DNA of 63,402 nt, counting the filler, from Octopus bimaculoides (lineage: Eukaryota): assembly GCF_001194135.2 (NCBI RefSeq). It is 4 parts of 4 records of this genome, joined end to end, with 100 filler letters (N's around TTAATTAATTAA, not from the genome) between each part and the next. Parts side by side here need not be neighbours in the genome. Positions count along the whole stretch, not along the records: positions 1 to 26,543 come from NC_068986.1; positions 26,644 to 39,305 come from NC_068982.1; 2 more parts are not named here. One strand, 5' to 3'. The notes under the pieces are model-generated. The model was not told the origin of the DNA and searched no databases. It saw only the letters and a list, made by a program, of their open reading frames with translations. Positions 23,958 through 34,232 of the stretch are shown here, one piece after another. A program made the translations under genes and the position numbers. Position 1 is the first letter of the stretch. Each line of letters begins with the position of its first letter.

Positions 23958-25508
23958 TATGCAAACCGTACGGTAATACTAATTGTTCTTGTCAACAACG
24001 GTAGCAGTTAAACTAGTTATAGATATATGAAAAGCGTTAGATATAATCGACTGAAATCTATTTATAGTGGCCATATTGAAGAAGTATTAGCACGGACTGT
24101 TCTCTAACATCGTTCGCATGGATAAAATTTATTTATTCTAGTGATGTTTTTCACATAATACTTTTAACTTTATTCATTCCTATAGCGTGTAATATTGCTT
24201 TTCTGCATATTTCAATGATGTTTGCAGCCGACTAAAAACTGAACTTGTAGTCCAAATCGCTAATAGTATTTGAGTGGATTATATATATTTACACTGTCAG
24301 AGAGTTTAATCACTGGAATTCTTAATTAGTATTAATTAATTCCGAACTTAACACTAATTAAAGCGAAACTCAATCTGATTAAAAATTTTTTTCAGAGAAC
24401 AACGACAGAATAATTGAAGCCAACAAGTTTAATAAGTATTGTTATTATTTGGAGGATAATTGGAAAGGCCATTAATATGTACAACTATGCAAGCATTATG
24501 GTGAAACAGTGTATCCTTGATTAACGTTGTCCTACGTTTCAGCTCCTAATCCAAGTTAGAGCAGCAAATCTCCATCTCAAATATAAGGGAACAACCACCC
24601 CGATACCTTTATCAATGAGAGGACAATAAAGTTTGTATCCATAGCAATATTCTTTCTTTGCAACAATGTTGGGCAAGTTTAAAAGTTTAAAACCATCTAA
24701 ATTCTTATAAACATGACTATTTGTCCACCTCTTTCCTGTCCTCACAACCAGTCTCCGAGAAACAGTGGGTTAGTGCCTTTTACGATGCTAATCATTGGAA
24801 AATGCATATATATTCCACTCCCCGTTTCCTGTTCTTCGTAAATTTATGCAAATAAAGACAAATGCAAACTAAAAACATTATTATTAGGATAACAGACGTA
24901 AGCATTCTCTGGATCACAAGCCTTGATTTCGAATCTTGTTACAAATTGGGTTGTTTACACATATTTCTTTCAATAAAGGTTCATGACGACCATTAAAATA
25001 TCTTTATTAATAGGAAAATTGAAACTATCTAAGTGGCTATTACAATTGAGTACTAATGCCTTATAGAAATTACTGTATTTGCCAGCGTGTAAGACACTCT
25101 CGCATAAGACGCATCCCTATTTTGCAAATATATTTTGTGAGAAAAAAAACACCAAAGAAATTAAGCTTCGCTTTGCAGTTGTTGAAAGATATTTTAAAGT
25201 GGTTTTGTGGGGAGAAATGTATGATTCTGAGTATGTAAATACAACGCAGTGACAGCATACAGGAATAAAGTGTGAAACCATTAATGTATCATATATAAAC
25301 TACGATAAACCATATTTCAATTTTATCTTCTTTCAGATCAGTTGTATAATTGTTTATAGTTTGGTCAGAGAATTGTTTTACAGAATGTAAAACTCGTATT
25401 TTTGGCTGTATGTTTTGTGTCACCGCAATCAGCCACCAGGGTAGAGGACCACTGTTATGGTGTTATTGTTCATCCACAAAGTGCAAATAGTTGGGAAGTG
25501 GATGAAAG

Positions 25509-26040
25509 TGTAGTAACGCCGTGCGCATGCGTAGTCTCACGCATGCGTGGAATTCATCAAGCAAGCTTTCCCTCTTCATTCTGTCTTTTTCTTGCTGGCC
25601 AGCGATTGAGCATGGACGTGTTTAGCTGTCTCTTTCCATCTTTCGAACTTACGCTCGACAGCTCGCTTACATCTACATACCAACGTCCCAACAACAATGC
25701 TCACACACACAGAAGCTGTAACAACAAACAAGAGCTAAAGATGTATATATTTACCACCTGAATAAATGTTGTTTGTGTTGATAGTCCGGAGTTCAGCGTT
25801 CCGTTTATATTTTTAATTTTATATAGGAAAGTCAGGTATACATCTAATGATGTATAATCTACTTTCCTATAAAGTGGTGACCCCCGACGTGATTCAAACA
25901 CGCAGCCAACTTGAAAAGTTCATATAACCCACTTTCTTATGAAGTGGTGACCCCGACGAAGAAAAACGCAGCATGGATTCTGGACTACCAACCTATAACT
26001 GGTGAACCCGACTAAAGAACAAATGCGGCCATGGAGACTG
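25509..26040 (+). mobile_element. Gypsy-type LTR end plus triplicated tRNA-Trp primer-binding site
   Basis: TGTAGT start, AATAAA at 25761, ...CCTATA end, then TGGTGACCCC(C)GACGTGAT (antisense of tRNA-Trp 3' end including CCA) at 25875, 25945 and 26000. Confidence 0.65.
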
Positions 26041-26543
26041 AACTACTAACCAGCATCATCGTTATGACCAACACGATTCTACGATTACTACGCCACCAAC
26101 ATCTCCAACCATAGTCAACACGACTTACTATGTACACCGAGCTAAACCACCGCGGCAAATCTCTCTCTTCGATTCTGTTGGGTGACTTAGCTTCACCACG
26201 ATAATAAACAGACAAGAGATTTCAGCCAGCGACGAACATCTGTATAACGAAGAATCTGCCCTGGCATCGAAGCCAAAACGCAACTAGTGATAAGTTCTGC
26301 CAAACATACGCCTCACTTCTTTCACATACAGACTCATACTATTGTGTACTCAAGAACTTGGTATAAAACTCTCACGTGTACTGACTTTCTATCTGCTGTG
26401 ATATCTCACATACATATAGACGGCCTGTCTTTTATTATGTTCTTATATGTCGCATTCACACTCTCACATACACATACATCTTTTATGCCACACTAAATAT
26501 CTCTTGTTATTCATTTCATACGGTTGTCTTTTCTATCGTCTCA

Positions 26544-26643
26544 NNNNNNNNNNNNNNNNNNNNNNNNNNNNNNNNNNNNNNNNNNNNTTAATTAATTAAN
26601 NNNNNNNNNNNNNNNNNNNNNNNNNNNNNNNNNNNNNNNNNNN
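26544..26643. other. Artificial assembly join
   Basis: Exactly 44 N + TTAATTAATTAA + 44 N. Confidence 0.9.
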
Positions 26644-28099
26644 CTTTTGACTTTTGATTTTCAAAGACACAATGTCGAAGAAAGATTTCATGAATTTCTT
26701 TTAAAAAACGTGGCCGTCACAGACCAGCAAGTATGAATTGATAGCATGTACCATTCGAAAGTATACTACATGCGGTCTTCCGCGAAAACAATCTTGCCCA
26801 AGCCTGCACAAACAGTTTCAGATAAATGGTCGTCGTAGCCCAACGGAAGCTCAAAAATGTAGTCGTAAACAGCATAGACACTCTCGCCCCCACCACACCT
26901 ATGTCCAAACAAAATCCAAAATTGAAAACCAGAGAGGAGCGGGGTTACTGAGAAGACTGGAGAAACGTCAAATGAAGTGCTTTACTCAGGGACACAACAC
27001 GCTGATTCCACTAACAACGAGGTCACGAGCCTTCACAAACCAATTCATTAGATAGATAAAACCGCATTAGATATACAGAGGAAGTCACTATGGTTACAAA
27101 TGGAAATCAATGCACCAACAAAGGAACTTGAACATTCTCGCTTGGCCTGCATAAATGACAGCGAAATCTCCTTCAAATCTAATCCTAACGTTTTAAAAAT
27201 GGATTAAGATACAGACTATAGTAATCCTTGATTTAATACGTTCAGAAAGAAAACCAGGTGGTCACGTTTATAACGCCTGGCAAACGATGAAGAAAAATTG
27301 CAAATGCGTACGGACCCCTTCAAGAAATTGCAAAAGCGACGATAAAAGATATAGGAGTTTAGGCGGGTAGAGTGGCGAGATCGATAGGGCGTTGGACGGC
27401 AAGCCTTGTGGTATTTGTTCCTGTTCTTTGCGTTGGGGATCAAATTCCTTCATGACCTGTTTGAGTAGTAGATTTAATCCACTGACTCTCAACCATTTTT
27501 TGCCTATGCACCCCATTGATTTCTATTTTACTCCACTGGACCCCCATAGCCATTTGATGTCTAAATATCCTATTATATTTTTAGAATTAAATATTATTAG
27601 GAAATTAGCAATCACTATATTATTTAACAACATCGACACCCTGCACGCACGATGGTAACATGCTCATGTAAAAAAAAAAAAAAATCCACGTATAATAATA
27701 CATAACTTGGAAGCAGCGTTGCGGATATGCCAACACACACGAGCTCGAGACATGACCGCCCTCACGCACTTCTTATGGGGGATTCCGGAAGGAGATTCGT
27801 GTGATCACTGCAGGGATGCTTCCGACAAATTTCAGTAACCGTTGGAAAATCGACTATAACAGTGACTCCATTAATTCCTAGAAATATCTGAAGAAGGAAT
27901 TTTTATATTCCGAAATATTACATAAGACTATGAATAATTAAATTATTTCTATAACAGCTATTATAGTCCACTCTGCATTGTTGTGCCATTCCAGACACGT
28001 TACATTTCACAAACAATACACAATGCTTCCAGCGAACTTCAATACCCTCTTATTACGAAATGTATTTTAAAAAAACTGTAGAAATGTTTTGTGTATTAC

Positions 28100-28298
28100 T
28101 CTTTTGCTTGTTTCAGTCATTTGACTGCGGTCATGCTGGAGCACCACCTTTAGCCGAGCAAATCGACCCCAAGACTTATCCTTTGTAAGCCTAGTACTTA
28201 CTCTATCGGTATCTTTTTGCCGAACCGCTAAGTTACGGGGACGTAAACACACCAGCATCGGTTGTCAAGCGATGGTGGGGGGACAAACACAGACACAC

Positions 28299-28331
<33 letters not shown>

Positions 28332-28503
28332 TTCATATATACGGCGGGCTTCTTTCAGTTTCCGTCTACCAAATCCACTCACAAAGCTTTGGTCGGCCCG
28401 AAGCTATAGTAGAAGACACTTGCCCAAGGTGCCACGCAATGGGACTGAACCCAGAACCATGTGGTTGGGAATCAAGCTACTTACCACACAGCCACTCCTG
28501 CGT
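28100..28503 (-). mobile_element. Family A SINE, full length, CpG-retaining
   Basis: Complete reverse copy of the 9144-9549 structure. Confidence 0.92.
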
Positions 28504-28693
28504 AAAGAAAACAAAATAAAACAGGTTTCATACTACAGAATGGTAAAGAAAAATATCTAAAAGAAAAAAATAAAATAAAATAAACAAACCATCTAGAACA
28601 TTCAAATGTTGCTTTTATCTACTTTGCTTTGCCTTATTAAAAACACAGCTACTGTGTTTTAATAACTTCAGCAAATAAAGACAAACACACACA

Positions 28694-28738
<45 letters not shown>

Positions 28739-29609
28739 ATTGCTGTAACTATGGTTACATGCATGACATTTCATTTTGCAGATAGCAATATGTAACTGTA
28801 ACACGAGATATCTGTAACACGAGATATCTGTAACATCGCAATGAAGCCAATGTGGACATTGGACAATTAGACTTCTAGTATGCTATAGTGATATTGCATA
28901 TCCCACTGTTCTGAGTTCAAAATCTAGGAAGGAAAGGTCTAATTAATTAACTCAGCCATTTTTCAAGCCATAAAGATGGCTAGGTGAAGTGTTAACTGTC
29001 TTTCTTCCCATAAAATAGCTGATAAAATAAGCATCGTTGGGATCAATGAGTTATTATTGTCTAGCCCCAGGTCACTCCTTATCAAACATATCTAAGGTCA
29101 AAAAGCATTCCAGCCTTACTAGGAGTATCTAAAATTAAAATATCCAATGTGTCCTTCCTATTTTGAAGATGACGGGATGTGATATAAGATTTGACTGCTA
29201 TTTCCAGCAGGTAGAGTAACTGCATAAAGGCTACTTCGTTAACTTGTAATAGATAAGAGAATTTTCTTTTTCTATGGGTTAATCAGAAGAAGGTTTGTAC
29301 CCATGACCTTTTACACAGTTTCTGGGAGCAGCAGTGGGGAGACTGGAGGCCTGGTTGCAATTAGGAAAAAAGCAAGACTTCACTAAAAACAGCAAAGGAA
29401 CAGGTGATGGGGATGAAACTGGGCAACGACTCAAAACAAATTGGTACAGTCCATCAAACGGGCTTCTAAACAGATTCCTTCTATCTGACTTCACTCACAA
29501 AGCTTAAAATACTGCAATTAGCCGTTATTTTTTACGGCACGGGGCCAACTAGAGGTGAAGCAAAACACCACAACGAAACTGTCTAGCATCCTAAAACAAC
29601 CCATTAAAC

Positions 29610-30154
29610 CAGGGCTGTGGAGTCGGAGTCGGAATCAGAAACAATTAAGGGGTAGTCGGAGTCGGAGTCGGTAGAACTATACCGATGCTGATTCCGACTC
29701 ACATATCTTTATTCTTTAATATAAACCAGTTATAACACATAGGCCTACTCAAAGCACAAGCGTATGCATATGCTTTATGAGATATGCAGACCACAATGAC
29801 TTAATTACATAAAGAGGAGTCGGAGTCGGCGTCAGCATCGGAGGTGCCAATAGTACAGGAGTCGGAGTCAGAGTCGGAGTCAGAGTCGGCATCAGAGTCG
29901 GAGTCAGAGTCGGAGTCAGAGTCGGAGTCAGAGTCGGCATCGGAGTCGGAGGTGCCAATAGTACAGGAGTCGGAGGTGCCAATAGTACAGGAGTCGNNNN
30001 NNNNNNGTCGGCATCGGAGTCGGAGGTGCCAATAGTACAGGAGTCGGAGTCAGAGTCGGCATCGGAGTCGGAGGTGCCAATAGTACAGGAGTCGGAGGTG
30101 CCAATAGTACAGGAGTCGGAGTCAAAGTTTTTTTGTTTCGACACCACAGCACTG
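29610..30154. mobile_element. MITE with internal GAGTCG minisatellite
   Basis: TIRs CAGGGCTGTGGAGTCG / CGACACCACAGCACTG (2 mismatches); interior of GAGTC(G/A) and GCATCG hexamers plus 24-bp GGAGGTGCCAATAGTACAGGAGTC units. Confidence 0.8.
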
Positions 30155-30366
30155 ATGATAACAGACTCACGCACACCAAACCGACTCTTTGCTAGATACC
30201 TCCTTCCGTTTCACACATCTACTCACCACAACCATTATTATATCGACCCACCTTACACACCAATAAACAAACACACTTTTACGAACTTTACCAATACTAT
30301 TAGCAGACAGAATTAAAATTTACAGAATTCAACAACTTCATGGTTACCTACGTAGACACCAAAGTA

Positions 30367-30625
30367 CAGTAAAACCTTACTTTAGGAGGACCCGTTTTAC
30401 GAGACCCCGAGTTTACGAGTTTATTTAATAAATATAAACAGGTTAAACAACCATTTTGTGTGTGTGACAACGTCTCAACATATGACGCAACACTGGTTTT
30501 GACGCGTCTACACAGCTGCATATAACGACGGGGTAAAAATGACGGCATAAAATGTCATTGCTACTATGGGAATTTATTGCTCTGCTTTACGAGTTTTCGC
30601 CTTTCGAGCGGTCTCCAGGAACGTT
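30367..30625 (+). mobile_element. Tigger/pogo-like MITE, right end missing
   Basis: TA|CAGTAAAACC start, TTTACGAG subrepeats, GGTCTCCAGGAACG subterminal motif. Confidence 0.5.
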
Positions 30626-30745
30626 CCTTCCAATCACTGTTGTAAACAGTGGAAGAGAGCTAGAACGTTAAAATGTTGTGTGCATGCACAGCAGAGTTCA
30701 AGGTCAATCTGTGCACAGCGGCTTCACTCTGCGTTCTTTAGCTTC

Positions 30746-30759
30746 GTTACTATGGCAAC
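30746..30759. promoter_or_regulatory. RFX X-box (no linked gene identified)
   Basis: GTTACTATGGCAAC is a strong 14-bp X-box match. Confidence 0.5.
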
Positions 30760-30859
30760 AGTCTAGATACTTATTGATCAAACCTCGAATATATATATAT
30801 ATATAGCAGAAGCAACAGAGTGACTCAAGGGCCGAGAGTTTCGTGCGTTGGCACTTATC

Positions 30860-31092
30860 AAACTAGTTTACTGCTCTATTTAACATTGTCCCAAAAGAGA
30901 TCAAACATGAAAAAGATCCCATCACCTTCAAGTGAATCCCGGACAAATTTCTTCAAGAGGTACCAGATAAGCTACCCATACCGGAATACGTCTCAGTCAA
31001 CAAAAACTCCCTGGCTGGATGGGCCATGGTGCCACAAAACTTGGCTTTAAAATGATTTAAAAGATTCTATATGGCCTAGGTCAATCTTTGAC
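30860..31092 (+). mobile_element. CR1/L2/Jockey-group LINE 3' end
   Basis: LFNIVPKEIK...FK*IPDKFLQEVPD..PIPEYVSVNKNSLAGW fits the LFN.LP..IR...FK..LDK.L..VPD.P...Y...NSL C-terminus; 3' UTR follows. Confidence 0.7.
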
Positions 31093-31127
31093 CGAAACAT
31101 ATCTAAGTTATCAAAAATGAGTTGTAC

Positions 31128-31129
31128 AA

Positions 31130-31189
<60 letters not shown>

Positions 31190-31191
31190 CA

Positions 31192-31258
<67 letters not shown>
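31128..31258. repeat. (AAT)n/(ATT)n inverted microsatellite pair
   Basis: About 20 AAT units, CATC, about 21 ATT units. Confidence 0.95.
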
Positions 31259-31260
<2 letters not shown>

Positions 31261-31917
31261 AAAGAAAGGAAGATAGATTTCGCACCATTCTTTATTTGGT
31301 ACGATAGTCCCTTCGACTCATCCTGCGACTGTACGTTATGGGTAAGATTTTGTGCATCTAATAGTGTTACACATTAGTCCAAAATAGCGCGTGTGTGTGT
31401 GTGAACAAAAATCACCCAGGAGATATAGCTCAGAGTGGACAGTGGAACGTATTTAAACAATATAGTCAAATGTAGGTATGTCAACTATCTTAGAATGTAA
31501 ATTCCTTGATTTATTGAAATTATCTTTGCTCTTAGAGGATGTTTCGTAATTTCCAAATGGTAATTAGGACTACCTCCATTTGGCAATAAGTATGTTCTTT
31601 CTTTAATGGCATGTCAGTTTGGGAGAAATTTTGATTCTTCACATTCTCTCTCCTTCTCAAGTGGAGCGGGTCTTAATTGCCATTTGGTAATTAGGATATG
31701 CCCTTTAGACCAGGAGTGATGGCGGCACATAAAATGCACCAAGTACACCGTTGAAGTGGTTGGCATTAGGAATGGCATTCAGCTGTAGAAACCATGCCAA
31801 AACAGGCTGGAACCTGATGAGACTCCTGGCCTTAACACTTACTGTCAATCCATGCCATCATGTCATACGGACTTTAAATGATTATATAGATAGATAAATA
31901 GATAGATAGATATCTAA

Positions 31918-32152
31918 TAAGGCGACGAGCTGGCAGAAACGTTAGCACGCCGGGCGAAATGCTTAGCGGTACTTCGTCTGCCGCTACGTTCTGAGTTCAA
32001 ATTCCGCCGAGGTCGACTTTGCCTTTCATCCTTTCGGGGTCGATTAAATAAGTACCAGTTACGCACTGGGTCGATATAATCGACTTAATCCGTTTGCCTG
32101 TCCTTGTTTGTCCCCTCTGTGTGTAACCCCTTGTGGGTAGTCAAGAAATAAG
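31918..32152 (+). mobile_element. Family B SINE, young CpG-rich copy
   Basis: AAGGCGACGAGCTGGCAGAAACG...GAGTTCAAATTCC...CCTTTCGGGGTCGATTAAATAAGTACC; embedded in (TAGA)n. Confidence 0.9.
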
Positions 32153-32414
32153 ATAGATAGATATATAACCTTGCAGAAAGTATAACGCATAAATGAATAT
32201 GAATTATTTAAGTAAACATTTTTTTTTTTTTTTTTTTTTGTAAAAAAGATCAGATAATGTCAGTTTGATATTTAGCAACATATTTACAACTGAAATTACC
32301 CAACAGAAACGACTGACTAAAACTGGAAATAATCCCAAAACATAATACGCCAAAACGACACACAACAGGTACATAACTCACTGTCAAACAACTAAACAAA
32401 GAAGCAACAAAAAA

Positions 32415-32780
32415 AGGCGTGGCTATTGGATAAGAAGCTTGCTTTCCAAGCACGTGGTTCTAGGTTCAGTTCCACTGTGTGGCACCTTGGACAAATGTCT
32501 TCTACTATAACCTCGGGCCGACAATAGCCTTGTGAGTGGATTTGGTTACACGGAAACTAAAAGAAGAAAAAGAAGACTGTCGTGTGTGTGTGTTTGTGTA
32601 TTTGTGTCTGTATTTGTCCCCCCACCGCCGCTTAATAACCAGCGGTTCAGCAAAAAAGACCGATAAATTAAGTACCAGACTTTCAGAAATTAGCCCTGGG
32701 GTCGATTCGTTCGACTAAAAACACTCAAGGCTGTGACCCAGTATGGCCACAGTCAAACAACTAAAACAAGAAAAAGATAT
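32415..32780 (+). mobile_element. Family A SINE
   Basis: Head, core and tail motifs as in 9144-9549. Confidence 0.85.
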
Positions 32781-33304
32781 AAGATAAAACTACAGAAAGA
32801 TTACCAGCATTTGTATACAGAATAAACCTCAAAGAAATGGAATAAGTAGCAGTATCGATAAAGATGCCGTTTAACAATAAAAAGCTTATATAACATAGTC
32901 ACTCCAACACGACACAAACGCCCTCAACAAACATTCAACTACTAGACAAAATAAACAGGAGCACAAAAGATAGAAAAACACACCTTATATCTGAGTCAGA
33001 ATGTAGACTCATTCCTCGCACCTGACATCCATAAAGTAATATAGAGATATTTAAATCAGAGGGGAAAATAACCTGTTCGGTTAAAACCGATTCACACACA
33101 CTTAGCACACCTTGAGCCGGAAAGAATGACAGCAGTGATGTAACCAGTAATAAAAGAAAGCGAGCGACCTCTCCCTTCGAGCACATTTTCCAAAATTGGA
33201 GTTAAAAACTGCTTGATATGTATCACGTGTTTTTTTTTTATGTGCTCACTCCTCCTAACTTTAAAACCTGGCTAAGCCCCTGAATAGCAATACTCACTAA
33301 CATA

Positions 33305-33516
33305 CGTGGGGTACTGAAAAGCTCCTGGTTTTAAGGGCAACGCGAAAGACCTTGTTGGAGACCCAACATTCAGAGTTCTTTTATATGGCTTAGAAAAAAC
33401 TTCCGTGTTATTTTACAAAACCGCTGCAATATGTGAATCTGAGAGGGAAATATGTTGAGTAAAATCATAATTAACTGATTCTCCTGTATTTCCTTTTACT
33501 CAAAGCCCCACCCTCG
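33305..33516 (+). mobile_element. Mariner-derived MITE
   Basis: Same family as 2730-3196; TA flanks. Confidence 0.75.
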
Positions 33517-33625
33517 TATAAAATATATGATCAATCAGATAAAATTGCTTAATATGTACCACGTGCCTTTTTTTTAATGTGCTCATTCCCCTCCCTAACT
33601 TTAAGAACCTTGTTACGCCGCTGAA

Positions 33626-33957
33626 TGTGGTGAAGACGCATGGCTCAGCGGTTAGAGTATCGGGCTCAAAAATCATGAGATAGTGAGTTCGATTCCCGGA
33701 CTGGGTTGTATGTTGTGCTCTTGAGCAAGACACTTTATTTCACGTTTCTCCAGTTCATTCAGCTATAGGAAACGAGTAGCGACGTCACTGGTGCCAAGAT
33801 GTATCGGCCTTCTTTGCCCTTCCCATGGATAACATCAATGATATGCATGGGTGACTGCTGGTATTCCACAAACAACCTTGCTCGAAATCGTGCTTCGGAG
33901 GGGAACTTTCTAGGTGCAATCCCATGGTCATTCATGACCGAAGAGGATCTTTACTCT
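33626..33957 (+). mobile_element. tRNA-derived SINE with 13-bp TSD
   Basis: A box TGGCTCAGCGG, B box GAGTTCGATTCC, (CTTTA) tail; TSD TTACGCC(G/C)CTGAA at 33613-33625 and 33958-33970. Confidence 0.85.
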
Positions 33958-34232
33958 TTACGCCCCTGAAAGACAGTACTCACCAACACATACAACTAAC
34001 CCTACTCGTACAATGAACCAAAGAGGGTGTCTCTGCTACGTGGTCGATTGACCAAACACAGATGATACATATGCACCCATTCATTGTATATACAATCAAT
34101 GTCAGTAAAGCTTCTCACTCAATTTCTCTTTATACATTTAAGCACAAAAAGCTCAGCAACTATTTATGTTGCTTGGCCTACAAGAAACAGTAGCCAAATC
34201 ATCTTCAAATTACACTCTACTATGCAAAACTA

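Noticed and set aside
24020-24850. Divergent plus-strand gene at the CSTPP1 promoter
   Set aside because: Only short frames with stops, no recognisable homology and no consistent exon chain.
25875-25907. tRNA-Trp gene
   Set aside because: Only the 3' ~32 nt are present, with encoded CCA and no 5' half or A box; this fits a reverse-transcribed PBS.
28744-28759. TGTAACTATGGTTACA as a third X-box
   Set aside because: Half-sites are in the reverse arrangement (GTAAC...GTTAC) relative to RFX consensus.
29820-30125. Repeat-spacer look resembling a CRISPR array
   Set aside because: The spacers are hexamer repeats rather than unique sequence, the array lies inside MITE TIRs, and no cas genes are present in this eukaryotic context.
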